From Paraspadella gotoi (lineage: Eukaryota > Animalia > Chaetognatha), in assembly GCA_051294375.1 (NCBI GenBank), contig CM119270.1:6875279-6939278 (forward strand): a stretch of 64,000 bases of DNA, written 5' to 3'. Shown here in pieces: positions 13,601 to 27,675 of this stretch (positions are counted from its first letter, which is position 1; every line of letters begins with the position of its first letter). Both the position numbers and the translations under genes were made by a program. The notes under the pieces were generated by a model, which was given only the letters and a program-made list of their open reading frames with translations, searched no databases and was not told the DNA's origin.

Positions 13601-15553
13601 TTTCGTCCTACTTTTGGTGCCCATTTTCTTTTTTTTAATTAATCTTAATTCATTTTTATTTAGTACCTACTTTTCTATTCGTTCTTTCCTTTCTTTCGTC
13701 TTTACCCTATTTATAATAAGTATGTACGCCAGCCTACTTTTAAAAATCCTCTCTCAACCTAAATCTCATTCCACTATTTCTCCGTTCGGCTCCACTATCG
13801 TTTGCTCTCATTGCTCCTCTAAGCTCATACTTCACCTTCCACTTTAAACGCGTAGTGGAGGCGGCGTCTGTCCTCCGCGTCAAAATGCGACGGTCGACGA
13901 GCGCCTGTGCGATGGAAACCCGTTCTCGCCTTAGTAATAGTATTATTATTTATATCTTATTATATTATTTTATTTATTTTATGATCAGTATACTTCTTGT
14001 TATATATATATTTTGGTATACCATTTATATTATATATGCATTCATACTTAATTCATGACTGTAACACGCCACTCCAATCAAATTCACTAATCATCCGCCA
14101 CCTCCAACAAATTTCTATCACCAGCCACTCCATCAAATCTCTAGATCACCAGCACCTCCAACAAATCTTCTAATCACCAGCCACTCCAATTAAATCTCTA
14201 ATCAGCAGCGACCTCCATCAATCACTGATCTCCAGCCCGCTACCGAATCAAATCTCTAATCACCGAGCCACCTCCAATCAAATCTCTAATCACCGCCATC
14301 GATTAACTAATCTCCAGCACCCTCCAATCAAATCACTAATCACCCGCCGCCACTAGCCCTCCGTGATCTCGTGTTGGCATCCGTGGTTCGAGTCGACAAG
14401 TTGACGCGGCGTCATTCCCGATCGAAGCGGCGTTCGCGTTTGGGCCTCTGAAGGAAAAAGATGGGAGGAAAGAAGAGAGGGAGGGAAGGCGAATGGAGCA
14501 AGGAGAAGTAGAGGAGAGGGAGGAAAGGCGGAGGAAGAATACAGGAAATGGGTAATTAAAGGGTGGAAAGGAAAGAAAGCAGTGAGAGGTGCAGAGGGAG
14601 AAAGGGGAGGATAGGAGAAAAGGAGGAGGAAAGGAGCGGAAAGGAGGAAAGAGGAAGGAGGAAAGAAGCGATTAAAAATAGAAGAGATAGAAAAAAAGTT
14701 TAAAAAACGTAGAGAAGATTAAAATGTTTGAGTAGAGAAAAAAAATAAAATGGTTTTCAGAATGGAGGAGGCAATAGCAATAGTCGTTGGCGTCACTCCC
14801 GCAAAGGGATCATTTAGCTAACCTGGTTATATTAAAATTAAATTTCTCAAGACGATGATTCATACAACTTAATAAAATTAGACAATTAATCGGAAGCGAG
14901 AAAAAAAAAAGGAATTAGTTTTTAAAGGCAATTGTGAGAGAGAAAATAATCCCTCGCTTGTGCGTCTTTTTTCAATTGATGCAAATTTATCTAATTCGAT
15001 TCATTTAATTTCTCATTTTTTTTTTCTTCCGCGCTACATTACATTCGGCTAAACAGTAAGTAATTATTATTCTCGATTGGTCGAGGAGGTTGAAATGGAA
15101 AGCTGGAAGAGGTTTTAATTTTTTATTTCTATTAGGGGTAAAATGACAAAATATATGACGTAATAAGACACAATAATAAGCAATAAATAATCTGCGTGAT
15201 TGTACAATAACAAATATCGACAGACAAAAAGTACAAATGACGACGGAAACATGACAACACATACGGCGCAACTTAACAATGTACTTTTCCCTCAGTATGT
15301 ATAACTTTCTTTCATATCCAAAAAACATCTCCCAAATCAAACTCACTCCAACTCATTCCGCACCCACCTCACCCTCACGCCTCACCTGCGGAATAAGCTC
15401 GTCCACCATGCCCACCACCCCGCTCGCGCCGCGTAGTGCAGCGGGCTGCTGATCTTGTCTCCGACGTTCGACGTCGGCGACGTGGTGGAGGAGATGCTGA
15501 AGATGGAGGTGTGGCCGCCTGGGACGGCCTCGTGGAGGGTTTATGCCCGTACC
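10238..15553 (-). pseudogene. Indel-riddled duplicate of ankyrin gene exons 3-11 (likely uncorrected long read, not a true pseudogene)
   Basis: Collinear with 30360-35603. Scattered 1-nt indels occur in exons and introns alike. Confidence 0.7.
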
Positions 15554-15805
15554 TGGAGAGGAGGGAGTTGGAGAAGAAAGAATGAATGAATGAATGATGA
15601 ATGAATGAATGAATTAATAAGAATGAATGAATTGAATGATGAATGAATTGAATGAATAATGATTGATGAATAATAAAAAATGTACCATTTCGAATAATTA
15701 AAGAATAAAATTACAAACTTCGAGAAATTTATTGGAGTTGCAACTGATCAGGTCACCGACGAACACGAACACGCAAAATCCTCTCTCTCTCTCTTCTCTC
15801 TCTCA

Positions 15806-15839
<34 letters not shown>

Positions 15840-16315
15840 CTTCTCTCCTCTCTCTCATCTCTCTCTCTCTCTTCTCTCTCCCTCTCTCTCTCTCTTCAAC
15901 GTTTTTATATTTATTCGTACGCCAAGTTGTCAATTCTTATTTTGTTAGACTGATAGACTTAGCTCTTCTGTTCCCGCAAAGTTTCTTCTGTTTTTAACTC
16001 TGTTTTGTCTGCCGTTTTCTTACACTCGAAAAAATTTCACCTCTGCTCTGAACTTCCCGTTCGATCGTTGGCTCATGGTACATTCATGTTGCGAAACGAT
16101 TTTGTGATTCGGTTAACTTAAAATATTTTGCTCAGAAGGTATCAGTAAAAGGCCTGCTCTACTCCACTTTTCTGTTCTTCATCGAGAAAAACAAAGCAAA
16201 ACAAACAAATCCAAACAACAAAGAACAACATTCGAAAAACTAACAGAAAATTCAAGCCCCGCCTGCTTATTACGCGTCAAGATCAGCAGCAGTATTCCGC
16301 TGCAAGCAATCACGC

Positions 16316-18192
16316 ATGGCGCAATCCTCGTTCGACCGGAAATAGTCCGGAATCAACTCCTCTTTCCCTCCGTTCAAACCGCGCGGATGTTTCTCCGTTT
16401 CCGTCGAATCTGCGTCTCGCGGGTCGTTCTCGGCGCCAGAGAAAAAACTCGGTCGCATTCCGTCGAAAAACTCGCCTCCACCAAAACTCGCATTGTCGGT
16501 TTCGAAGGAAACTTGAGTGTGGGAATCTAAGTTAAAGATCACACGAAGGTTAAATTGCGGGTATTGGGAGGAAAGGGAGCAAAGGGTGAAAGGCGGGCAT
16601 AGGGCCTAAAGGAGAGAAAAGGGAAAGCGCGCAGAGGGAGGAAAAGGCGGGCAGTAGGGCCAAAAGACGAAAAGAAAGGGAGAGGCGGCAAAGGGGCAAA
16701 AGCGGCATTAGGGCCAAAAGGGTAAAAGAAAGGGGGAGGAAAGCGGGCACAAGGCTGCAAAAGCGGGCATAGGGACAAAAGACGGGAAGAGAGGGAAAGG
16801 CGGGCAAAGGTGCAAAAAAGCGGTTAGGCCAAAAGGAACGGAAGATAAGGGAAAGTCGGAGAGAGAAGAAAAGTGGGCATAGGCTCGGATCCCGGACCAT
16901 TAGCGAGGGGCGTTAATTTCTAAATGATGCAAAACACAATTTCTTTCGAATCAACCAGTCACAAATTACAAAACCTGTTTCTCCTCCCTAAATCAAGGTT
17001 GTCTCCTTTCTACCCTGGCCTTCCCAATTTACCATTCCAACGTTTCTCGCCACCGACTACGCTCTCCGTCGAACTTCCAGCCGCTCCAATTCTTCGAACA
17101 ACGCTGAGAATTTTTTACGTGGGATTTCGACCCAGTCGCAATTCCTTCGAAATCCCCGCCGGAGAGCATCTCGGGCTTCGCGCTCGAAGAGGCTCGGGTG
17201 CGAGGGAGGATCCCAGATGTTGAAACGCGCTCGATTGCCCAAGGGGTCGGGCAGACGAATCGAAGTCTGACGTCGCGTCGTTCGCCCGAAGTTCACGCAT
17301 CGACGGATCGACGAATAGACAAACGATTTTCGAATATCCATGACAGCGAAAGAGGAAAGAAGAAAAGAAGAAGAAAAAGACGAAGGGCGTCAACGATAAC
17401 AAAGCGTTGGGCCAATTCAATCGACTCTTTTGCCGTTGATGGAAAAAGGATTCGGAATCTTATCTCGACACCCTCATCGCAAAAATTGCAGAAGAGACAA
17501 ACGCGACAAAGTTGGCGAGAATTTAAAACTGATCTATAATATTGGTAAACATTATATCTTTAAACTTTCATTCGTACCCTTGGTCCAGTTCCAACAAGTC
17601 ATTTCCCGCTGACCATCGGCGACGATTCGGCGAGTTCGCCTTTGACCGTAATGGAACTTTTAGCAAGCAAGTGCTGGCCGGATCAAAGCTTCATTGTCAA
17701 AGCTCAACAGAGGCCTTCGACCCTTTGACGGGACTTTCTCTTTATCCTCAACTCGTACTTTTTGTGGTCGATCACTCCTTCCATCGTTGTCGCTTAATTA
17801 CGAAGGCATTAAGTTACATCTCTCTCTCTCACTCATAGGACGCCGCAGGCAATACCATTATCTGACTATGTAAAAACTTTGCTGTACATAGACTAAAAGT
17901 ATTATCCATGGAAAATCATCATTTTGATGATGCTTATCAATCATATTGATTCTAAACTATTATTTATACAACATTTCGCCCCAATAAAAAACGTTGGATG
18001 GCATTACTTGCAAAGGGAAAAAATTTAAATAATTGTGTAATTGTAAATGGAAAGATTTCATGAAGAATGCCTGATTCTTAGATTAAATTGTAAAGAGAAA
18101 GTCAGCTTTTTATGACCTATTGTTATTATTTCCCTAAAGCCCATTGAATAAATTCCAATTCAAATTCAAAAATTCAAAATCACTCTCTTCTC

Positions 18193-18225
<33 letters not shown>

Positions 18226-21200
18226 CTCTCTCTAGTCTATCTTGTTGTCATTAGTTATCCGGAGAGTTATCCGATTCAGCATCCCTTTTCTCACCAGCAA
18301 TGTCGCGATTGAGAAATCTCCGAAATTAAAAATTACCGCCCGGCCGGAACAGAGAGGCGCTATCCCGCACGGCAAGGGACACGACGCCGCCGGAGCTTCA
18401 CTCGCACGATGTGGGACCGGGACGCATTCGCGGAACGAACGCGACGGGAAGTCAGAAGCACGACCGCCACTCGCACATCACTACGGGATTATGAAGCGGA
18501 CATGCTCGGTCCACCGATAGGATGGAAACGCGAACGACGACGCGACGGCGACGTTGGCTACGGGCGACGCGATGAGCCCGGCGTTCTTGGACGAAGGGCT
18601 CCGTCCACTTCCTTCGATCCTCATCGGTCGAGGCGATCCGCTGGTCCATCTCTTGCAACACAGCAAGGGCGCTGCTTTTCCGGTCGGGGATCGCGAACAG
18701 TTTGAGCAGTTCCTCCCGCGGCGCCGAAGAATTGTGGAGATCGAGAAGGCGACTTGGGCTCTCGTCGAGGGCGGCGTGGTGTGGGACAGGAACTGAACCG
18801 CGGAATTTAAAACGTTTGAAAAAAAAAATGGCTTATTTATATTTAAAAGTATAAACATTTTTTTCTTTTAGATTCTTTTCTATTTTGTTTTGTATTCGTC
18901 TCATATCTCCTAATTTTGTTTATTGTATGTATTTGTTATTTGTATTCGTATTTTTTACCTTTATTTATCTTCGATTCTTTCACGGACTCGCGAGTGGTCA
19001 GTTTCTCATCCCATCTTTCTCTGATTGGCTGAATTTTCCCGCGTCCTCCCCCGCCTCCTTAAAAAAAAGTTCGGCAATCACTCTGACGACGAATCGATGC
19101 CGCGCCGCCGGCGCCGACGTCCCCGCACCCGAGAAGCGACGCATCCTCCACGAGATGATGGACGTCAAATCATCTCCAAACATATCCCCGGATACGAATG
19201 CTGCTGGGTATTCGCGGATGGCGCCGGGGGCGCGCGAAGTTGGAAATAATCAGAAGAAGTTTGTGATAATGGAGATAAGGCAGTAAAAGCGACAAATGTC
19301 AATATCCAGTGGCGCATATAAAATAACGTATCCACGTTCTTCCTTATGCCTTCCTTGCCTTGCTGGTGGTCGTTACTCCGAAGTACCGTTTTCTGCATTG
19401 GTCATTAGTCAATGAAACCTACCTAGTAGGGGGTAAGGGCCATATTCTTCCGACATACCGGTACAGCTGCTACAACTTAAACAAAGGCACGGCGAGAGAA
19501 ATATGTTTGTGTCAGAACCGGTTTCAATTTTTGAAATAAAAAAAAACCGGTTTGATTTTCAATTTCTTCTTGGTGTAAGAAGGAAGTCATTCAGGCATTA
19601 CAATGCGTAATCTTTGATGTATTAGAGATACATCCGGAGAAATTACATTATAGTATTATATTATAATTAAAACGGAATATTAAAATGGCGAGTAGGAATG
19701 CATCAAATGTTTAAAGTGAATACAGTTTTCGGAATCGGCTGGGAGCTCAGCCTTCTGAATTTTGTACTACCATTTTGGCCCCTATTTTGAAGTTTGAATT
19801 GAATTACCCTTTTTCTTAAAAAATTCAAAAACAAAATCCATCTACAATGAATTAACACTATAACTTTGCCAAAAAACAGGAAAAATAAACTAAATATGGA
19901 AATTTGGTGGTTGTAAGATTCAAGCAGCTTTAACCTTTTGGTTATTTCATCGCCTGCCTTCTACATTGATTACACTCGTCGTCTTCACACGATTTCGCGC
20001 GACAAATCTCGATCTGTCATCGTCATTGAAATGGCCCGACGGTAGGGAGACCGCCTCGAAAGCTTGAACGATGGCTGAATTCAAGCAACGAAATGGCGCC
20101 ACCTTGTTCTCCGTGACATTTTTCGTCAAGAGGCAACGGCCGCTGAAGAGAAGCGTGCTGGCGCATTGAACAACATCGCCGGCCGACCATCCCAAGTGTT
20201 GAGAATGCAAATTAAGCGAAGCTCGGAGGATCTTGTATTTCGAAGAAATGGAATCCTTCGTCCAAATGTGAAATCATGGAGGACTAGACGATTTGAGAAG
20301 TTGTTGTCGGAAACTGACCCCCACGAAAGCCTTCAATTCATCAGTCGGCCCATTGTGGAGAGTCAAGATGCTTCGAGCGGTGGAACGGACAAGAGCAGAA
20401 CCACGCCATTGATCTGACTTTTATCACGCGATCGTCGATGGAATTTCCGCCGTGAATATCGGCGATCGACTCATGGACGAAATTGCAGCGAAGAGAATCT
20501 GTTCCGGATGCGAGGACGCCATTGCCGGAAAGTTGCCGCCGTCGTATGTTTCGTTTCTCGGGCGAAAGCTTAACGGGACATTTCTCGGCTCTGGAAAATA
20601 ATTATATACTTGACTTCGAAATTGTTTCAATTATAACTTTTTTTCCGAAAGAAAAGCCTTGTTCTTTCGTCGCTCGAGCAGCTTCGCCGAAACGAGTTGC
20701 GATCGAAGATCCGCCGTCCGACAGACAAGCTTTATTCCCTAAAATGTGAACAAGGACGATTTCGACAAAGCTCCTTGGTCAATTGCCGTCGACATAACAT
20801 GCAAACTGCAAGAGCGTTGCAAGCCCGTAGTGAGCCTGGCTTCAAGTATGAGACTCTTAGCACGCCTCAAAGTCGAAGGATCGAGCTACCCGACCTGTGA
20901 ACATTCAAAGTAGACCCGATCCGGCGCGCCAGATTGTCGAGCCAAACTACCCTCATCGGTGATCGGATGTTTAATAAACCGGCGCCATGATGAGGAGAAA
21001 CGTGGAATCCGACACCGAGAGACTGAGAGAAAATTGGACTCTCGCCAAATCTATGAGCGACGAAAGATTCCGGAAAAAAAAGCAAGAAACGCCGTTGGAA
21101 TTTTTCCTTAAAAAAGATTGGAGTTTATTTTCGCATCTTGCCTGGCTTTCTTGGTTGGAAAATATCCAACGCATCAACGAACGAAACCTTCCTTCGCGAT

Positions 21201-22015
21201 CTATCAACTTGGATTTCGTCATCAGCAACTTTGGCAAGTTTCTCGACCGCGAAGACGAACGCGCCTTCGACATCTTCGCGGCGTATTCCGCCCACAACGC
21301 AACCTTCAGCGAGGTGTGCTTTTTGCACATGAATTCTTTCCCTGCGCGGATCAACTGTTTTGGACGATTAATTTTTCGGAGGTCGTGATTTCGGTCGAAG
21401 AAGGGAGAGTTAACGCTCGATCTTGGAGGAGCGTTTTGAGAGACGTTGTTGAATGGGAGGGATCTAAAAAGACGTGAAAATGACTGGAATGAAAACTTTG
21501 CTTTTTACTTAAATGAAAAACAAAGTTTAATATAATCAAAACTGCTTAAGTTTTTTTAATTTATAGTATTAATAGTTTATAGATTTCACACCTTGGCTTC
21601 TCTTGTTTTTTATGGGAATGATTATTTAAACGAATAAAAATTTTCTCTTTTTTTTTTATATTTTAAACGGGTTTGCTCTATATTTTAGTTATTATCAACG
21701 ATTAAAATATAAAAATAAGGTTAGGGACCCAATAAAAAAACCTTCTTAATTGCAAACTATATTGTATGACCTTTTTTAGTCTTTCTGACAAAATGTCGTT
21801 CGCTATTAATACAATGACAACCAGCCCGTCCTCAAGCATTCCCGCATGGAAACTTGCTTTCATTTTTCAAACCCCTCCGCCACAACGGACAAACTCGAGA
21901 CAACACATTTCCCTTCGTCTGGTAGTGAAGAAGCGCGTGACCGGAGTGCCATGCTGCCTCAAGGGCCATGGAGACATATCCGGAGGTCGTCGCCACCGGC
22001 GGGCACAAGAAGTGA
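16316..22015 (+). pseudogene. Indel-riddled duplicate of the TEX47-like gene (likely artefact)
   Basis: Collinear with 36306-42077; fragmented ORFs share peptides such as EIEKATWALVEG and VPAPEKRRILHEMMDVKS. Confidence 0.7.
19896..21467 (+). pseudogene. Indel-riddled duplicate of the condensation-domain gene (likely artefact)
   Basis: Collinear with 39975-41531; shared peptide MMRRNVESDTER...SINLDFVISNFGKFLDREDERAFDI. Confidence 0.72.
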
Positions 22016-22130
22016 CCGCCTGGGAAGTTTATGATTTTAAAGGAGTGCTTTCATGACAAAAAAGAAGTACAATGTCAGTACTTCGTTCGAGATTTTCAAA
22101 TATTTCGGATAACATTTGATCTCTCGTCTG

Positions 22131-22247
22131 CGAAGATGGCGACGATGACGACGACGATGACGACGGCGCTTTCGACATTAATGTGGATCGTCAGCTTAAT
22201 GACCGGAAGTAGCAAGATTAAAAAGATTATCTCAAAAGGTTCGATGC

Positions 22248-22281
<34 letters not shown>

Positions 22282-22767
22282 CATGATGATGATGATGATG
22301 ACGATGATGAAGATGATGATGACGATGATGCTGATTATAATGAAGATGAAGATGAAAATAAAGATAATGATGCCGACGACAATGATGATGATGATGATGA
22401 TAATGATGATGCTGATGATGATGATGATGATTATAATACAGATTAAAATAATGATAATAACTATCGCAACAAAAACGACGAGAAGGATCGAATCTTCGAT
22501 ACAGAAGAAAACGACCACAACAACAACAACAACAACTACCACTCCGACGACAATAGCAAAAAAAAAACCAACCTGGCCTTCCCCCCCCCCATTTCCTTAC
22601 AAATGTGTCCTTTTTCCTCCACAAACATCAAAGGAGAAAAACATTTATTCGAACGTAAAGAAAATTAAGATAAACGGTTTTCTCTTCTCTGACAAGAAAA
22701 GGAAAGGAAAGGAGAGGGGAAAACTGGAAGAAAGGATTAGGGGGGAAAAGGGTAAAGATTGGAAAAG

Positions 22768-22838
<71 letters not shown>

Positions 22839-24049
22839 GAACCGACAGTCGCATGAACACAATTAACCATAGAGGTAATCCAAAATATAAACTTTATGAA
22901 ATTGGTACAACTGTAAAACCAATATAAAAATTATCCATTCATTTAATAAATAAGCTATCTTGCCCCTGACTTTGGACAGGCTTTGGTGGTTTAAGGCCTC
23001 CATCACTCCTACAAGATAATAACATAGCAGGTCCCTCTCTCACAGTCTTGTTTATTCACTCCCAGAGTACCTGGCTTCCCAATCCCTATATTTTTTACAG
23101 TATTCGTGGCGGTCATTGTCCAGGCTGACTCCATTCCCCCAGTCCTGACCCGTTGGATCATTGAGTAAAGCCTTCAGCTCATGACCACTCGGCCTTTGGG
23201 CAGGGTTAGGACGGCCGTAAACCTCCTTGGGGGCGTGGCAACCCCCCCGTGACCCGTTCCATGGCGGATAGATCTGGTTAATCATGTTACTTTTGTCATT
23301 TTTAGATCCCTTACCGCCTTATACATCATTGTAACATTTTTTCTATCGTAGAGTGGTTACATCGACACGTTTGGTGAAATAAAATTTCGGAAGGAGTCGA
23401 AGCAGCAAAGATTCATCGTGAGCAAAGAAACAACAAAATAAACAAAAACGCAAAAAGTATAAAAATAACTAAATAAATAAATGAAAGGAAAAACATGGAG
23501 GGAGAAAAATTCTTGCGTGAAATAAATGAAACTGAAAAAAAAAGGAAAGTTAAGTTTGAAGTGAAGAGGAAAGGAAAGGATCGAGATGCCAGAACTTCAA
23601 TCAAAGCGACAGATCGAGAAAGAGTGGCATCTGGCGATATCTCTCTCTTTCTCTCTCTCTCTCTCTCTTTCTCTCTTTCNNNNNNNNNNNNNNNNNNNNN
23701 NNNNNNNNNNNNNNNNNNNNNNNNNNNNNNNNNNNNNNNNNNNNNNNNNNNNNNNNNNNNNNNNNNNNNNNNNNNNNNNNNNNNNNNNNNNNNNNNNNNN
23801 NNNNNNNNNNNNNNNNNNNNNNNNNNNNNNNNNNNNNNNNNNNNNNNNNNNNNNNNNNNNNNNNNNNNNNNNNNNNNNNNNNNNNNNNNNNNNNNNNNNN
23901 NNNNNNNNCTCTCTCTCTCTCCCTCTCCGAGCTAATCACAGAGAAAAGTAGAAAAGTTGGAAAGAAAAATGTCAGAGTCAACGAATCGAGAAGACGAGAG
24001 AGAGGAGGAAGATTGATCGGCGACGGGGGACGAGAGGGGAGGAAAGGGA
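22131..24049 (+). repeat. Clean copy of the segment repeated noisily at ~5905-7740 and ~26000-27845
   Basis: Collinear (GAT)n block, MIITIATKTTRRIESS frame and downstream unique sequence. Confidence 0.9.
22245..22435. repeat. (GAT)n microsatellite
   Basis: Visible directly; source of poly-Met/Ile/His ORFs. Confidence 0.9.
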
Positions 24050-25300
24050 NNNNNNNNNNNNNNNNNNNNNNNNNCGTTGCCATACCAACGACCGGCGCCC
24101 GAGTGAAGGCTGCTCGCGCCACTCCATCGCGCCGAGTGGAACCGGCGCCCGAAAGAAATGATTGTATAAAAATAGCCTGGCGCCGTCGAGACTTAGTTTT
24201 CATTCGAGATTCGCATCTTCATCCGAGAAATTGTCGGAAAGAAGAGAAGAAGAAGAAGAAGGAGATGAAAGAAGATGATAAGGAGAGGATAAGAGAAAGA
24301 CGGGAAGAAGGAGAGAAAAAGAAAAAGGAAAAACTTGATTGCTTTTTTAGACGAACAACATTTAGATTTGACTCATGCATGAATAAAAACCGAAGTTGCC
24401 ATCTCGAGTCTCACGCCGACGTCATTTCTCTGAGAGGACGATGACCTTAGTTCAACTTTTTTTTTAAACTTTTTTTTAACTCAATACGTTTTTTTTAACT
24501 CTGTCTCTATTGTCAACTGTTATTATTGGTTTTATAACTCGAACATTTTATTTTCACTTATTTCACTGATTGTTCGTTCCTGTGCAACTTTACTTCACCA
24601 GCAACCGTTCCTAACACTAAAAATTAATAACTTTCCCTCGTAGAAGGACGAAAATAGTAAGGCCGTGACCGTTGTGGATTGACCGGCTCTCTCTCTCTCT
24701 TTTTACTGTTGGTTCTTGAATTGAATTTGACTTTGTCATCTTCATCATTTTCGTCGTAAAGTATTGTGGAGCCTCGGTCGTCGTACGTCGTTCGTCGTCG
24801 AGATCGTTTCGTGTCGATTGTCGGGTGCGTCTCTTCAGCCATTTTAATGCCTTCGCACTGTTACAACGAAAATTCAAATCAGAATAGCCTAACGACGACG
24901 CCGAACCGATGTGAAAGACGTTGCCAATTATTAAAAGGGGAAGAATGACTCTTCTCTTTTCTCTTCTCTCTTCTCTTTTTTTTTCTTCTTCTCTCTCCTT
25001 TCTTTCTTTCCCTTTTCTTCTTTTTCTTTCCTTCTCTCTCTCTCTCTCTCTTCTCTTTTTCTTTTCTAAAATTTTTACGAGCTCATTTTCTCATAAATAC
25101 GAAATCTAAAGGTCACGAAAGCTTGATTTGAAGACATTTATTTTAATTTAGTCCAACTAATTAAGTCAATAAATAAAATTAAATTATCAATACGAGCAGC
25201 AATCATTGATTCTCAGTGGCTGGCACGTTTAAAAAAAAAAAAACAATCAATCAAACGAAAACGAAACAAAAGGAAACAAAAGGAGCAACGTTCCCTTCTT

Positions 25301-25506
25301 CAATAAAAACACGAAATTCTCGAGCATCAGGCCGGGGGGAGAGACTTGAAAATCCGGTTGTCGCCTCCCTGGCCTTCGCACCGGACCGAAGAACCCCCGG
25401 CGCCCAAAAGACGCCGGATGGCGGCGCGGAGAGCGAGAGAAGCGACGCCGGCGTACGAGGAGGCGGCGAGAAGGACGCGGCGGATTGCGCGTTGGGTCGG
25501 GCGGCG
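25301..25506 (-). pseudogene. Error-laden duplicate of the SOCS-box exon (likely assembly artefact)
   Basis: Same sequence as 3817-3984 with indels; identical to 5236-5441. Confidence 0.55.
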
Positions 25507-25639
25507 CTGGAGGGTTGGAAGGGGGGGAGGAGGGCGTTGAGATAGGAAGGGAAGAAATAAGGTCAAATTTATGAAAAGTCTTAACATGCTTTTCTCTTTC
25601 TTTCTCTTTCTCTCTCTCCTCTCTCTCTCTCTCTCTCTG

Positions 25640-25671
<32 letters not shown>

Positions 25672-27524
25672 AGCAGTTATGCTTACTTTTCAACAAAAAA
25701 ATTATTTCTGTAAGATCTTGCTATTGAATAGGACAACCGAACATTTTTTACTATACATAGTAAACAATAATCTAGTATTTTCATAAAAATAACTCGTTAC
25801 ACAACCGTATTTAGGCCTTGTTGCCAACCAACGGACAGAGAGAACAGAAACGCAACAGATTAAGTCGTCCCGAATGAAAGGAAAACTGGCTTGACGTCCA
25901 CAATCGTGATTGGACAGAAAAAGGAAACGACGACGAAGGATGGCGACGACGTGACGAAACATACGACGACGAAGATGCCGACGACGAAGTGGCGACGACG
26001 AAGATGGCGACGGATGGACGACGACATGACCGAGCCGGCGCCCGGTCAACATTAATGTGGATCGCAAGTTAATGCCGGAAGTAGCAAGATAAAAGATTAT
26101 CTCAAAAGGTTCGATGCTGAGATGATGATGATGATGATGATGATGATGATCATGATGATGATGATGATGACGATGATGAAGATGATGTACGATGATGCCT
26201 GATTATAATGAAGATGAAGATGAAAATAAGATAATGATGCCGACGACATTGATGATGATGATGATGATAATATGATGCTGATGATGATGATGATGTGATT
26301 ATAATACAGATTAAAAATAATGATAATAACTATCGCAACAAAAACGACGAGGAGGATCGAATCTTCCGATACAGAGAAAGCCACAACAACAACAACAACA
26401 ACTACCACTCCGACCGACAATAGCAAAAAAAACCAACTGGCCTTCCCCCCCCCATTTCCTTACAAATGTGTCCTTTTTCCGCCACAAAATCAAAGAAAAC
26501 ATTTATTGAACGTAAAGAAAATTAAGAATAACGGTTTTCTTCTTTCTCTGACAAGAAAAGGAAAAGGAAAGAGAGGGAGAAAACTGAAGAAGGATTAGGT
26601 GTGGAAAGGGGTTAAAGATGGAAAAGAAAAGAGAGAGAGAGAGAGACGAGAGAGAGAGAGGAGAATGAGAGAAGGAGATAGAGACGAACAGACAGTCGCG
26701 AACACAATTAACCATAGAGGTAATCCAAAATATAACTTTATGAAATTGGTACAACTGTAAACCAGAATTAAAAATTATTCATTCATTAATAAATAAGCTA
26801 TCTTGCCCCTGACTTTGGACAGGCTTTTGTGGTTTAAGGCCTCCATCACTCCTACAGAATAATAACATGCAGGTTCCCTCTCTCACGCTTGTTTATTCAT
26901 CCCAGAGTCCTGCTTCCCAATCCTATATTTTTACAGTATTCGTGGCGGTCATTGTCCGGCTGACTCATTCCCCCAAGTCCTGACCCGTTGGATCATTGAG
27001 TAAAAGCCTTCAGCTCATGACCCTCGGCTTTGGCAGGGTTAGGACGGCCGGTAAACCTCGCTTGGGGGCGTGGCAACCCCCCCCGTTGACCCGTTCCATG
27101 GCGGATAGATCTGGTTCATCATGTTACTTTTTGTATTTTTAGATGCCCTTACCGCCTTATACATATTGTAACATTTTTTCTATCGTAGAGTGGTTACATC
27201 GACACGTTTGGGTGAAATAAAATTTCGGAGGAGTCGAAGCAGCAAGATCATCGTGAGCAAAGAACAACAAATAAACAAAAACGCAAAAGTATAAAAATAA
27301 CTAAATAATAATGAAGGAAAATGGAGGGAGAAAAATTCTTGCGTGAAATAAATGAAACCTGAAAAAAAAAAGGAAAAGTTAGTTTGAAGTGTAAAGAAAA
27401 GGAAGGATCGAGATCCAGAACTAATCAAAGCGACAGATCGAGAAGAGTGGCATTCTGGCCGATATCTCTCTCTTTCTCGTCTCTCGTCTCTCTCTTTCTC
27501 TCTTCCTTTCTCTCTTTCTCTCTT

Positions 27525-27560
<36 letters not shown>

Positions 27561-27643
27561 TCCCTATCCCTTCCTTTATTTCCTCTACATTTTTTTCTCT
27601 ATCTCACTCTCCCACCGATACTCTCTTCTCTCTCCTCTCTTCT

Positions 27644-27675
<32 letters not shown>

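Larger units (their letters stand above)
4010..22118 (+). repeat. First copy of ~18-20 kb direct duplication (partner 24075-42180)
   Basis: 4010-~5637 appears identical to 24075-~25702 (offset 20065) and 5905-7958 to 26013-28066 (offset 20108); the ORF translations match exactly. 7959-22118 is a noisy version of 28067-42180. Confidence 0.95.

Noticed and set aside
7959-22118. Genuine segmental duplication with pseudogenised paralogues
   Set aside because: Indel-dominated uniform error pattern, matching noisy blocks and 25-N spacers point to assembly redundancy.
22031-22927. 298-aa ORF with poly-Met
   Set aside because: Product of (GAT)n, (ACA)n and (GA)n microsatellites; it also crosses the artefactual junction at 22118.
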